DNA from: Octopus vulgaris
Lineage: Eukaryota
Assembly (NCBI GenBank): GCA_951406725.2
Contig: OX597834.1
Location: forward strand, 16,554,001-16,618,000
Reading direction: 5' to 3'
Length of the DNA stretch: 64,000 bases
The position numbers and the translations under genes are program-made. This document shows, one piece after another, positions 1-12,934 of the stretch (positions within the stretch are counted from its first letter, which is position 1; the number at the start of each line of letters is the position of its first letter). The notes under the pieces were generated by a model, which did no database searches, was not told where the DNA came from, and saw only the letters and a program-made list of their open reading frames with translations.

Positions 1-431
1 GCTGCTGTCTTACAATTCTTCCTCAATCATATTTTGCCCTGAAAGTATCAGCCCCGCATGTATTACTGAAAGGGAAAACAAACCAACAAATGGTACGTCG
101 CCATCGCCTATGACTGATAGCTAGAGTTGACATCATAGGTGATGGTTCCATGTGGCAGGTACCAAGGAATTTCTGCAGAGTGCCCGTTATTATCCCTCGA
201 GTCCAAGGGAGATAAATACGCCAATTAAAATATACGAGAATTACCTTCCTTAAATAAATTTCGTCAGCAAAGGAACCTGTCGGAGAATGGGAAACCCCGC
301 GGCCTCGTCGGACGAAGTTTGTCCAACATGAGATTTCGGATGACGAAATCTCTTAGGAAAATCATATGAAAGGGGGGGGGGGAGTCTAATCTTTAGGATG
401 AAAACTCTAATTTAAGATAGGTTACAAATGT

Positions 432-900
432 CTTCTATTGTAGCCTCGGGCCGACCAAAGCCTTGTGACGGGAATTTGGTAGACGGAAACTGGAAGAAGC
501 CCACCGTGTGTGTGTGTCTGTCTGTCTTTCTGAGTTTGTTCCCCACCACCGTTTGACAACCGACGTTGGTGCATTCACGTCCCTGTAACTTAAGATTCTA
601 TTGTAGCCTCGGGCCGACCAAAGCCTTGTGACAAGATTTGGTTGACGGAAACTGGAAGAAACCCATCGTGTGTGTGTGTGTGTGTCTTTCTGTGTTTGTT
701 CCCCACCACCGTTTGACAACCGGCGTTGGTGCATTCACGTCCCTGTAACTTAAGATTCAGTTGAGGAGACCGATAGAATAAGTGCCAGACTTAAAAAGAA
801 TAAATACTGGGGATCGATTAGTTCGACTAAAATTGCTCAAGGCGGTGCCCCAGTATGGCCGTAGTCAAATGACTGAGAAAAGGAAAAGATAGAAAAGGAA
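432..900 (+). mobile_element. 5'-truncated tRNA-derived SINE with internal ~160-bp tandem duplication
   Basis: Same body as the copy at 17928-18350; the segment ctattgtagcctcgggccgacc...taacttaagatt occurs twice. Confidence 0.8.
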
Positions 901-1144
901 AAAAAGATCTCTGAATTTGTAAAATTAAAAATTCATTGTTTTTTTTCGGTTTTTCTTTTTTCAACACGGCTTTCTTGTATACTTGATGGCATATAAGACA
1001 CACTTTTTCACCAAAAACGTCTCCAAACTGTCACCCTGGGTCCTGTATGCAAAATAAGGCTTTCCATCACCAACGTAGCTAGAGTGTGTGTCGCCTGGAG
1101 CAGCCCTTCCATTTGCCGCCCCCAACCCCACAAAAAACACATAT

Positions 1145-1316
1145 TTATTTCTTTACTGCCCACAAGGGGCCAAACATAGAGGGGACAAACAAGGACAGAC
1201 AAACGGATTAAGTCGATTACGTCGACCCCAGTGCGTAACTGGTACTTTATTTATCGACCCCGAAAGGATGAAAGGCAAAGTCGACCTCGGCGGAATTTGA
1301 ACTCAGAACGTAACGA
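1145..1316 (-). mobile_element. tRNA-derived SINE family 2 fragment (also 8100-8570 twice, 11587-11760, 33880-34090, 37760-37975)
   Basis: Shared ttctgagttcaaattccgccgaggtcgactttgcctttcatcc core with a B-box-like motif. Confidence 0.8.
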
Positions 1317-1453
1317 CACATATTGCCTACAAGACACATATTGCCTACAAGACACATATTGCCTACAGCAGACCCAAAAGTCCTGCCCCTTTAAAACAGC
1401 TGCCCGGGGCGGACAGCCCCTACCCCCACCTGTACCAGTGCTTCCCATAAGGT

Positions 1454-1680
1454 TTAACCCTTCCGCATTCACATTATTCTGTCAGAAATAAAGCTTATTT
1501 ATTCTCATTGTTTTGTATTAATCATGCATTACGTTGTAGCTTTGAGATTTTGAAGAGGCAACTTAATTTTTAGAATGACATTGTAAGGTTGGTGTGAGAG
1601 ACCAGATCTGGCCAGTTTGATAATAAAACAGCTAGAAAAATTCTGGCCAGGTGTGGCTGGTTTAAATGTTATAGGGTTAA
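1454..1680. mobile_element. piggyBac-type MITE (related copies ~5170-5388, 13672-13893, 14011-14232, 27955-28432, 32784-32980, 38990-39210, 49568-49767)
   Basis: ttaaCCC...GGGttaa termini (TTAA target) and shared internal sequence. Confidence 0.7.
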
Positions 1681-1756
1681 GGCACTAAAAACTTTTGTCT
1701 TCCTGAATATGTGCTGTTGGAATTGGGGTACAGTTAAGCCCATATATCTTTTATGG

Positions 1757-2122
1757 TGGAGGCACAATGGCCCAGTGGTTAGGGCAGCGGACTCGCGGTT
1801 TCGATTCCCAGACCGGGCGTTGTGAGTGTTTATTGAGCGAAAACACCTAAAGCTACACGAGGCTCCGGCTGGGAAGGTGGTGATCCCTGCTGTACTCTTT
1901 CACCACAACTTTCTCTCACTCTTACTTCCTGTTTTTGTTGTACCTGTATTTCAAAGGGCCGGCCTTGTCACTCTCTGTGTCACGCTGAATATCCCCGAGA
2001 ACTACGTTAAGGGTACACGTGTCTGTGGAGTGCTCAGCCACTTACACGTTAATTTCACGAGCAGGCTGTTCCGTTGATCGGATCAACCGGAACCCTCATC
2101 GTCGTAACCGACGGAGTGCTTC
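1757..2122 (+). mobile_element. tRNA-derived SINE family 3 (antisense copy at 10645-10965)
   Basis: tggcccagtggttagggc A-box and ggtttcgattccc B-box head; near-identical inverted copy. Confidence 0.8.
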
Positions 2123-2699
2123 CCATATCTTTTATGGCATCACATGTAGTACTAGGAGCATTCTGCACTGCTGTTCAACCTGCTAGAAATAGCAGTCAAA
2201 TTCTCCTAAAATTTTACCATAGCATCTTAAAAACTGGAAGGATCCATTGAGTAATGTCGTCTTGGATATATTCAACATCTGAATAAACTATAGGATAGCC
2301 CTTTTCACCTTATTTCGTTCATTTAGTGAAATCTCTTCTTTCTTACATAATACTATGACAGGTGACACTTGATACAATTCACTCAGGTCATTTTAAAGGG
2401 AGCTATATGTAGTCTTTGTGAAGAGGGCAAAGCCTAGAGACTAAGGAATTGCCCTCACACACACACATATAAAGACATGCCCCCCACACACACACATATA
2501 AAGACATGCCCCCACACACACACACATATAAAGACATGCCCCCCCCCCCACACACACACACATACCGAGTCCCATACACACACTCACAAATTCCCATGCA
2601 TACATACAGTTTCTTGTATATATGTAATTATATTTACACACATACACACATGTTAATGTGTAATTTTATGATCTCTAATGTTATAATCCCACTTTGCAG

Positions 2700-2798
2700 G
2701 TGTCCCCTATGTGGAGAGTCATGTCAGACCTGGACTGGGGTCAGACTGAATAGTTGGTCCATACAAGATTACTCCATTTGTATGACAATATATCTAAG
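2700..2798 (+). CDS. C3: Complement C3-like protein, internal exon (CPLCGESCQTWTGVRLNSWSIQDYSICMTIYL)
   Basis: tttgcag acceptor, gtgggt donor, phase 2-2; joins the next exon in frame to give ICMTIYLSYLGRTNPGMVVLDMDLLTGY, matching the C3 MG8 motif (ICTRY..G...M.ILDI.M.TGF). Confidence 0.75.
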
Positions 2799-2834
2799 GT
2801 GGGTGCTATAATCGAAATATAATTTACAACACAT

Positions 2835-2946
2835 CTCTCTCTCTCTCAGACACACACACTACTCCTCTCTCTTTCTCACCCTTTCTCTCTCAACATCTTT
2901 CCTTCTTTCTATCTCATATGCTCTCTTTCCTATTTTATTTCCCATG

Positions 2947-2978
<32 letters not shown>

Positions 2979-3052
2979 GTCAGTCATGTCTTTTTCTCTT
3001 TATCAGTTTCTCTTCTTTCCTTAGTCCCTTTCTTTCTCTCTTCCTTTCATTC

Positions 3053-3094
<42 letters not shown>

Positions 3095-3261
3095 CTCTGC
3101 TTCTCCATATTTTTCATTTTCTATTTCTGTCATGCTCTCTCTGTCTCTTTTACCCCACTTCTGTCTCTTTCCATCTCTGTCTCTCTCCATTTCTCTCCCT
3201 CCCTCTTGTTCTTTATCTATCTGTCTATCTATCTACCTACCTACCTACCTACCTACCTACA

Positions 3262-3320
<59 letters not shown>

Positions 3321-3390
3321 ATATCTATCTATATATCTATCTATATATCTATCTATCTATCTATCTATCTATCTGTCTTTCTATCTATCT
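2835..3390. repeat. (CT)n/(CTAC)n/(CTAT)n microsatellite block
   Basis: Directly visible. Confidence 0.95.
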
Positions 3391-3491
3391 AACGATATTT
3401 ATGATTTTCATGACATTAATTCCAAACAATAGTGGTGATGTCAGTTATCATTTATACCTGCAAGTCATTATTCCCTGTTATAATTTCACAG

Positions 3492-3579
3492 TTACCTTGG
3501 TAGAACTAATCCTGGAATGGTGGTGCTTGATATGGATTTACTAACTGGCTATGACACACCTGAAGAACTTCTAAAACAG
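3492..3579 (+). CDS. C3: C3-like exon, A2M receptor-binding/MG8 domain (YLGRTNPGMVVLDMDLLTGYDTPEELLKQ)
   Basis: ttcacag/gtaatt splice sites, phase 2-0; GMxxLDxxLLTGY motif of thioester proteins. Confidence 0.9.
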
Positions 3580-3904
3580 GTAATTTCAACAGCATTTCTT
3601 CCCATAAAGATGCCATACTCAGTAGTATCCATTGTGACAGACAAAACTCACTTCTGTATACAACTACAAGGTGAAGTATTGAACCAACACACTATCAGAT
3701 GTGCACATGCGTATGCGTGTGAGTGGGTGAATGAGGAAGTGAGGGAGGAAGTGAGGGAGGAAGTGAGTGGGGATGGGAAGGAGGAAGCGAGTGAGGAAGA
3801 GAGGAAGCGAAGGGGGAGGGAGGAAGCATGCTAGCGTGAGATGAAGCGAGGGAGGTAGGAAGTGGGTGAGTGAGGGAGGGAGGGAGGGAGGAAGCAAGTG
3901 AGTG

Positions 3905-4720
3905 AGGGTGGAAGTGAGTGACCAAGGGTGGAAGCGAGTGAGCAAGAGTGGAAGCGAGTGACCAAGGGTGGAAGCGAGTGACCAAGGGTGGAAGCGAGTG
4001 ACCAAGGGTGGAAGCGAGCGAGCAAGGGTGGAAGCGAGCGAGCAAGAGTGGAAGCAAGTGACCAAGGGTGGAAGCGAGCAAGGGTGGAAGCGAGTGACCA
4101 AGGGTGGAAGCGAATGACCAAGGGTGGAAGCGAGCGAGCAAGGGTGGAAGTGAGCGAGCAAGGGTGGAAGCGAGCGAGCAAGGGTGGAAGCGAATGACCA
4201 AGGGTGGAAGCGAGTGACCAAGGGTGGAAGCGAGTGAGCAAGGGTGGAAGTGAGTGAGCAAGGGTGGAAGCGAGTGACCAAGGGTGGAAGCGAGCGAGCA
4301 AGAGTGGAAGCAAGTGACCAAGGGTGGAAGCAAGTGACCAAGGGTGGAAGTGAATGACCAAGGGTGGAAGCGAGCGAGCAAGGGTGGAAGCGAGCGAGCA
4401 AGGGTGGAAGCGAGCGAGCAAGGGTGGAAGCGAATGACCAAGGGTGGAAGCGAGTGACCAAGGGTGGAAGCGAGTGAGCAAGGGTGGAAGTGAGCGAGCA
4501 AGGGTGGAAGTGAGTGACCAAGGGTGGAAGCGAGTGAGCAAGGGTGGAAGTGAGTGGCCAAGGGTGGAAGCGAATGACCAAGGGTGGAAGCGAATGACCA
4601 AGGGTGGAAGCGAGTGACCAAGGGTGGAAGCGAGTGACCAAGGGTGGAAGCGAGTGAGCAAGGGTGGAAGCGAGTGAGCAAGGGTGGAAGCGAGTGACCA
4701 AGGGTGGAAGCGAGCGAAGG
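3905..4720. repeat. 20-bp purine-rich minisatellite (agggtggaagcgagtgacca), ~40 copies
   Basis: Directly visible tandem array in a C3-like intron. Confidence 0.95.
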
Positions 4721-5840
4721 TGGAAGCGAGTGAGTGAGTGAGGATGGAAGCAAGCGAGCAAGAGAGGGAGGGAGACAGCAAGTGAGATGAGGAGGAAGTG
4801 TACTAACGAGGGAGTAAGCAAGTGAGTGCGGAAGGACACGAAGAAGGGAAGGAGGGAGGAAGCAAGCAAGCGAGGGAGGGAGGGAGGGAGCAAGTGAGCG
4901 AGGTGAGTGAAGACTAACTCGGTGGAATTTGATTTCAGACCATAAAGACAGGGGCTAAGCATTTCCCCCACCCCCGGTGTGCTAATGATTCTGCCAACTT
5001 AATAATGGCAAATCTATTTTACTGGATTCATCATTGTTTTCAAAACTGAACATAAAAACCCCCAAAGGCCATGTAATTCAACAGAAACACAGCAACAAAT
5101 GTCAAAGAGAATCTTAGTTAAAACCTACCATAAATATTTCCTGTTGATCTATGTCAAATATTTCCTTTTGTTCCCGTATTTATTTTGAGATGCTCTGTGT
5201 TTCTTTCAATTAATTTTAAATATAACAAAGAATTTAGTAAATTAACTTCATTATCATTAAGCTAGTGTTAGGAACATAAATTGTGACTAAGGTTCGGTGG
5301 AAGATTTTAATACAAAACTTATGGAAACAAAACATTTGTACTACAGAGCCACTGGTGGTTTCAGCCAGGTCGGTATCGAAAGGGTTAAGAATGACAAAAT
5401 TATTTCTTCATTATTTCCAAAATTAATTAAGACAAAGGCAGTGAATTTCAACAGATACATGGTAGCAAAAGGTTTAATATATGTATGATATTTCAATACC
5501 AGAACACCTGTCTTGTCTGCAAGAAAAATAGGCTTGAGTCCTGTGAGAAACTTTCGAATTTTCTTGAAGAGTTGAGCCAGCAGAATCATTCATATTCTGG
5601 ACAAAATGTTTAGTGGCATCTTGTTCATCTTTATGTTCTGAGCTCAAATTCTGCGTAGGTCAACTTTGCCTTTCATCCTTTAGGGGTCAAAAAAATAAAA
5701 TATTACTTGTGCACTTAGGTTGATGTTTTGGACTTACTCCCTATATGAAATTGCTGGCCTTGTGCCAAAATTTGAAACGAATAAATGTATGATATTTTTT
5801 AACAATTTTAAATGTTACTTATGAATTTTTTTCTTTATAG

Positions 5841-5912
5841 CTGGTCTACGACAAAGTTATTACCAAGTATGACAAATACGGAAGCTCTCGGCTCATATTA
5901 TATTTCAATACG
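5841..5912 (+). CDS. C3: C3-like exon (LVYDKVITKYDKYGSSRLILYFNT)
   Basis: ttctttatag/gtaaat, 72 nt, phase 0-0; I.KYE...LILY motif of MG8. Confidence 0.9.
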
Positions 5913-6027
5913 GTAAATATTTTTGGTATATTTCTTGAACAAACGTTTTTTTTTGTTGTTTCTTGTTTTTAATTTCTTTCCACTTCTTTCTTTGTGCTAT
6001 CAAGATCATAATCATCATCATTATTGA

Positions 6028-6322
6028 GACCCCCTTCGGTCATGACTGACCGTGGGATTGCACCTAGAAAGTTACCTTCCCAGGCACAAGTCCGGGCAAG
6101 GTTGTTTATGGAAGACCACCAGTGTTATCCAAGGGAAAGGCAAAGGCTGATACAGCTTGGCACCTGTGATATCGCAACTCATTTCTACAGCTGAGTGAAC
6201 TGGAGCAACGTGAAATAAAGTGTCTTGCTCAAGAACACAACACATAGCCCAGTCCGGGATTCGAACTCACAACTTCACAATCTTAAGCTCAACGCTCTAA
6301 CCACTGAGCCACGCGCCTTCAC
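6028..6322 (-). mobile_element. tRNA-derived SINE family 4 (also 11915-12245, 18985-19278, 52245-52575, 63790-63920)
   Basis: Shared cttgagcaagacactttatttcacgttgctccagttcactcagctgtag core and tRNA-like head. Confidence 0.8.
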
Positions 6323-6349
6323 GACATTGATGACGACATTGACCATAAC

Positions 6350-6680
6350 AATGCAGATGATGATGATGATGGTGATGGTGATGGTGATGATGAGGATGGT
6401 AATGGTGATGATGGTGATGAGGATGGTGATGGTAATGATGATGAAGGTGGTGGTGGTGGTGGTGGTGGTGGTGATGGTGATGATGGTGATGAGGGTGGTG
6501 ATGATGATGATGAGGAGGAGGAGGAGGATGGTGATGAGGATGGTGATGGTGATGATGATGGTGGTGGTGGTGATGATGGTGGTGGTGGTGGTGATGATGA
6601 TGGTGGTGGTGATGATGATGATGATGGTGGTGGTGGTGATGATGAGTATGATGATCATGGTGATGATGATGATGTTAATG
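6350..6680. repeat. (ATG/GTG)n trinucleotide microsatellite
   Basis: Directly visible. Confidence 0.95.
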
Positions 6681-6713
6681 ACATGAGGCTCATGTGTTCT
6701 GGTTTTGTTCCAG

Positions 6714-6822
6714 GTACCCTTTTACAGAAATTTGAAAATCAATCTCCTACTCTTCCGTTCTGTAACCATATACAACCACTTAATGCCGGCTCCAATCCAT
6801 GTCTACGCCTACTACAGAAAGA
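6714..6822 (+). CDS. C3: C3-like exon (VPFYRNLKINLLLFRSVTIYNHLMPAPIHVYAYYRK)
   Basis: gttccag/gtgaga, phase 0-1; PA.I.VYAYY motif as in C3 QPGAVKVYAYY. Confidence 0.9.
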
Positions 6823-7430
6823 GTGAGAATATTTTTTTGCATTTCTTTTATCCTTTTATTATTATCGTTATATGTGGGGATGGTCATTTTCTCATTTGTT
6901 TTTTTTTTTTTTTTTGCCAATTAACACAAACAATTTATTTGATCTTCAGTTTTAGCTTTATTACATTGTAGAACAAGATTTTTGTCCTTGGGTAGCAACT
7001 GATATTTCCTATTTACTTATCCTTTAAAAGTAAGAAAAATGGCTAATATTACCTTCAAACATTGCTTTTGTTACATTTATTCAAACCCCTAAGAATCCCT
7101 TTCAACTCATGGCTGTGATGCTCCCCCACAACTCCTGCTCATGATCAGAGATGCACAAATTGTCAGCCACTAAAGGACATACTTAACTGGTTATGGTCAT
7201 GCAACTGACAAACAGATCTATGGTATAGAGCAGAATATTTGCTATAACGACATTTCTAGAGGTCCAGAGCTGGCAAGCCAGCTGAGGCTGCACCAGGCTC
7301 CAATCTGATTTGGCCTGTTTTCTACAGCTGGATGCCCTTCCTAATGCCAACCACTCTACAGAGTTTACTGGATGTGTGTGTATGTATATATGTGTGTGAG
7401 TATGTATATGTATGTATATATATATATATA

Positions 7431-7649
7431 TTATCAAAAGAAAAACAGGATGCAAAGGATTTAGCGGTACATATGTTTCTGGCTTTATTGGACAGTTTAT
7501 ATCAATGCATAATTGATGTAACATGTATTTCAATATCTTCAGGCTATTGACATACATGTTACATCAATTATGCATTGATATAAACTGTCCAATAAAGCCA
7601 GAAACATATGTACCGCTAAATCCTTTGCATCCTGTTTTTCTTTTGATAA
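7431..7649. repeat. Perfect inverted repeat, 98-bp arms
   Basis: 7431-7528 is the reverse complement of 7552-7649. Confidence 0.95.
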
Positions 7650-7728
7650 ATATACCCTATCACCTACACCCCTAATTGGCATATACAGGTGCTTACAGTT
7701 ATCAAGTATTCACCCTGAATTTTTTGTA

Positions 7729-7776
<48 letters not shown>

Positions 7777-8309
7777 TATATGTATGTATATATGTGTGTG
7801 TGTATACATATGCATACATACATACATACATATATATATATATATACACACACACACATTACTGTAAGGCTTCTTTCAGTTTCCATTGACCAAATCCATT
7901 CACAAGGCCAAAGGCTATAGGAGAAAACACTTTCCTAAGGTGCCACAAGTGGGACTGAACCCAAAACTGCATGGTAGGAAAACAAGCTTCTTGACCACAC
8001 AGCCATGTCCGTTAGATCCACTTTACTATTGGCATCTCTTTGCATAACACAAAACACTAAATATCAATTTTAATGTTGATTATAATGATATAATGATTTC
8101 AAATTTTTGCCACAAGGGCAGCAGGGATGAAAGAGATTAAGTCAATTACATCGTCCCCAGTGTTTCACCAGTACTTATTTAATCAACCCCGAAAGGATGA
8201 AAGGCCAAGTCAACCTCGGCAGAATTTGAACTCAGAATGTAGCGATTGGCAAAATAGCGCTAAGTATTTTTGTCCAGCGTGCTAGTGATTCTGCCAGCTT
8301 GCCACCTTC

Positions 8310-8363
<54 letters not shown>

Positions 8364-8671
8364 TAATCCTTTCTACTATAGGCACAAGGGTGACATTTGG
8401 GGGAGGGCACTAGTCAACTACATCGACTCCAGTGTTTCACTGGTACTTAATTTATCGACCCCGATGAAAGGCAAAGGCGATCTCGGTGGAATTTTGAACT
8501 CAGAACATAGTGATATGCAAAATACTGCTAAGCATTTCACCCAGTGCGCTAACAATTCTGCCAGAACCCCACCTTATCATAACGATATAATGATATAATG
8601 CTGAATTTTCTTTTGTTTCATTTTTAATATTTTTTAAATTTTTATTTATATTTTTATCATTTTCCCCTCAG

Positions 8672-8767
8672 GTGTGAGCTGTACTAAATTCTACCAATTA
8701 TCAACTAAAAAAGAATTGGTAAATATTCTCTGTGATGAAGAAAGAGCAGTGTGCAAGTGTACCCAGA
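8672..8767 (+). CDS. C3: C3-like exon, end of MG8 plus anchor (SVSCTKFYQLSTKKELVNILCDEERAVCKCTQ)
   Basis: tttcccctcag/gtatgt, phase 1-1; SCTxFY...LC....CxC pattern typical of C3/C4/C5. Confidence 0.92.
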
Positions 8768-8894
8768 GTATGTAGACTTTCTTTGACATATTGCTTTGTA
8801 TCAATTCGTAATACGCTTGTTGCTGTTGTTGCTGCTGCTGCTGATGGTGGTATTGTGGTCGCTGTTGTTGCTGCTGCTGTCGTTGCTGTTATGA

Positions 8895-9790
8895 AGGCAT
8901 TTGGCTTAGTGGTTAGGGTATTCATCCCATGATTGTAAGGTTGTGTGTTCAATTCCCAGCACTGCATTGTGTCCTTGAGCAAGACACTTTATTTCATGTT
9001 GCTCCAGTCCACTCAGCTGGGAAAAATGAGCTGTACATGTAATTCAAAGGGCCCAGCCTTGTCACATTCTGTGTCATCGAAGGGCCCAGCCTTGTCACAT
9101 CTTGTGTCATCGAAGGGCCCAGCCTTGTCACATCCTGTGTCATCGAAGGGCCCAGCCTTGTCACATCCTGTGTCATCGAAGGGCCCAGCCTTGTTGCATC
9201 CTGTGTCATCAAAAGGCCCAGCCTTGTCACATTCGGTGTCATCGAAGGGCCCAGCCTTGTCACATTGTGTCATCAAAGGACCCAACCATGTCACATTGTG
9301 TCATCAACGGGTCCAACCTTATCACATTCTGTGTCATCAAAGGGCCCAGCCTTATCACATACTGTGTCATCAAAGGGCCCAGCCTTGTCGCATTCTGTGT
9401 CATTGAAGGGCCCAGCCTTGTCACATCTTGTGTCATCAAAGGGCCCAACCATGTCACATTCTGTGTCATCAAAGGGCCCAGCCTTGTCACATCCTGTGTC
9501 ATCAAAGGACCCAACAGTGTCATCAAAGGGTCCAGCCTTATCACATTCTGCATCATCAAAGGGCCCAGCCCTGTCACAGTCTGTATCTTCAAAGGGCCCA
9601 CCTTTGTCACATTCTGTATCATCAAAGGGCCCAGCCTTGTCACATTCTGTGTTACACTGAATTTCCCTGAGAACTGTGTATAGGCTATACATGTCTGTGG
9701 AGCGCTCAGCCACTTACATGTTCATTTCACAAGGAGGCTGCTCCATTGATTGGATCAACCGGAACCCTCACCGTTCTAACCAACAAATGC
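8895..9790 (+). mobile_element. SINE carrying an internal 33-bp tandem expansion (9044-9655)
   Basis: The unit tcaaagggcccagccttgtcacattctgtgtca is single-copy in the SINE at 1757-2122. Confidence 0.85.
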
Positions 9791-9961
9791 CAGTGCCAGT
9801 ATTTTAGCTCTTTTTGTTGTTGCTGTCGATTTTACTCAGCTGGGCAAGTATTCTCAGACACAAAATAAATAAATAAATAAATAAATAAGGGAGCACTATA
9901 AACATGAAGAGTTTCATTCCTCGCAGAAATATTTTGCAATATTTTTTTGTTTCTTCCGCAG

Positions 9962-10054
9962 GGGAATGCATCACATGTTATGAGGACCGAAGCCTGTTGA
10001 TGAGCATCAACATGAATCTTTTAGAGAAAAAAGCTTGCATTAAGGACCAAATTG
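9962..10054 (+). CDS. C3: C3-like exon, start of C345C domain (ECITCYEDRSLLMSINMNLLEKKACIKDQI)
   Basis: ttcttccgcag/gtaaat, phase 1-1; L..KAC motif. Confidence 0.88.
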
Positions 10055-10390
10055 GTAAATATTTAATTCCTTTATTTATTTCACACCACCCCCCATCTTC
10101 CTCCTCCCAAATCATTCCCCACATCCCCTCTTCTTCATCCAAAATTATTCTACACACATTCTTTGAGATTCTTTGCTTTTCCAAAAAATCCATCCAACAG
10201 GTTTTTCTAAAAACATTAGCTGAGACTAGAATTTGAAACTGGATCTCAGACTTGACTTACTGAGCTCACTTGGTATCTGTTCTGTAATGTTCCCCAAACT
10301 GACTGACCCTAAGCTGACCCCAGGCTGACCAATGCCTTGTGACATAATTTGGTAGATGGAAACTGTGTGGTAGCCCAGCATACATGTGTG

Positions 10391-10425
<35 letters not shown>

Positions 10426-11033
10426 TGTGTCCTTGCATTTGTGTCTGTCACTCATCCAAAACTAAACATCCAGTGTTAGTTTGTTTACATCACCATAAGT
10501 TAGTCATTCAGCAAAAGAGGTGTTTTTATGTTCATTTATTCAACTAAACCTTTCAAGGCAGTACCCCAGCATGGCCACAGTCTAGTGACTGAAACTAGCA
10601 AAAGATGTATGTATGTATGCATTTGTGTCTATATATATATATGTGCTTGTGAAATTAACGTGCAAGTGGCTGAGTACTCCACAGACACAAGTACCCTTAA
10701 TGTAGTTCTCAGGGAGATTCAACGTGACACATTGTGTGACAAGGCTGGCCCTTTGAAATACAGGTACAACAGAAACAGGAAGAAAGAGTGAGAGAAAGTT
10801 GTGGTGAAAGAGTACAGCAGGGTTCGCCACCACCCCCTGTCAGAGCCTCGTGTAGCTTTAGGTGTTTTCACTCAATAAACACTCACAACGCCCGGTCTGG
10901 GAATCGAAACTATGATCCTACAACCACGAGTCCGCAACCCTGACCACGGGGCCATTGCGCCTTCACACCTATATGTATATATTACAGACATATATATATA
11001 TATAAATATAAATATATACACACACATACAGAC

Positions 11034-11074
<41 letters not shown>

Positions 11075-12934
11075 TATACGTAAATATATATGTATATCCA
11101 TAATATACATATGTGCTTATATGTATTCACACACACACATATATACATGATAATTGAATTTATTTTCCCAGTTTTAATAGATAATTGTTTAAATTTTACT
11201 TAGGTCCTTTTGTATATTAAATAATATCCCTAAAAAAACCTATCTCCTTCATTTCATATTATATTGATTTGCGAAATTCCTCACAAAACCAATCTACCAT
11301 GTAAAACCCTAGGCTAACTATATTATAATCATGTTTGTAATCATATTTCTAATTGTGTTTTTTAATATTTTAATTAAATCTTGAATATCCTAAACATATC
11401 TTTAATCCTAATTTTTAATTACTTTTTGAAATCCTTTTTAAATTATAATCATATTTCAAAGAATATTCTTATCAGATTTTTAATCTTACATTTTAATTAT
11501 ATTACAGCCCTATTTTTAATCTAATTTTTAACCAGTTTCATCATATTTTATTCATATTACTAATATTTTAATCAAATACAGATGGCTTAGCAGTATTTCA
11601 TTTGACTCTTCATTTTGAGTTCAAATCCTGCCACGGTTGACCCTGCCTTTTGCCCTTGTGGGGTTAACAAAATAAGTACTAATTGAGCAGGGGTGGGGTG
11701 ATGTAATCGACCTACCCCCTCCCCTAAAATTACTGGCCTTGTACTAAAATTTAAAACCAATATTTTAATCAAATACCCAATTTTAGATATGGTGATAATC
11801 ATCTTTTTAGGAACATTCTAATCAGATTCTTTATCTTATATTTTAATTGTATTTTTAATTAAGTTTACTTTTTCTGTCCAAAAGGGTTTTTAACCTGGTA
11901 AAGTAAAAATAAATACCCCCTTCGGTCATGAATGACCATGGGATTGCACCTAGAAAATTCCCCTCTGAGGCACAAGTCCAGGTAAGGTTGTTTATGGAAG
12001 ACGAGCAGTCGCCCATGCATACCAGCCTTCCCTCTCCATGCCACTGATGTCATCCAAGAGAAAGGCAAAGAGACCGATACAGCTTGGCACCAGTGATGCT
12101 GCAACTCATTTCTACAGATGAGTGAACTGGAGCAATGTGAAATAAAATGTTTTACTCAAGAACACAACACACGGCTTAGTCCAGGAATTGAACTCACTAC
12201 CTCAAGAGGCTCTTTGCTCTGATTACTGAGTCATGCACTGTCACCAAATATTCACACACTATTATTTATAGCTTTATGTACCTGGAGTTCACCATTTATA
12301 AACTAATTATTTCACATTCTTTTGAAACTTCCACTCAATTTTTATTATGCAAACAACATATTACGAACCACATGGGTTCAGTCCCACTGCATGGAACCTT
12401 GGGCAAGTATCTTCTACTATAGCCTCCAGCCGACCAAAGCCTTGTGAGAGGATTTGGTAGACGAAAACTGAAAGAAGCCCATCATATATATGTATATATA
12501 TATATGTGTATGTGTATGTGCGTGTTTGTCCCCACAACATCGCTTGACAACTGATGCTGGTGTGTTTACGTCCCTGTAACTTAGCGGTTTGGCAAAAAGA
12601 GACCGATAAAATAAGTACTAGGCTTACAAAGAATAAGTCCTGGGGTCGATTTGATCGACTAAAGGCGGTGCTACAGCATGGCCACAGTCACATGACTAAA
12701 ACAAATAAAAGAGTAAAAGAGAGAAAGAGAGTATTAGTTCCTTCTTGGAATAGTGTATCTCGAAGCACACACATAAAGCTATAAACATTAGCATATAAAT
12801 ATTGGGTTGAAGTATTTACATGCAACCGTTTATTGCTTTGTGCATGTGATTTTGAGATATACTATTAAAAAAAGAATTATTTCACTTTCTCTTGAAAGTT
12901 TATAAAATTCTCATATACACCATATTAGTATTTT

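Noticed and set aside
1-92. Open frames ending at a gtacgt donor
   Set aside because: No frame resembles the C3 CUB/MG8 sequence expected here; acceptor not visible.
1369-1451. Possible upstream C3-like exon (QTQKSCPFKTAARGGQPLPPPVPVLPI), phase-compatible with the exon at 2700
   Set aside because: Weak donor (gtttaa) abutting a MITE, acceptor inside an 18-bp tandem repeat, and the GC-rich core resembles a DNA-transposon end; unresolved without RNA data.
3664-4971. Long ORFs of 316-435 aa
   Set aside because: Translations of the 20-bp minisatellite.
8945-9713. Repetitive ORFs in several frames, superficially CRISPR-like
   Set aside because: 33-bp tandem repeat with no unique spacers, inside a SINE.
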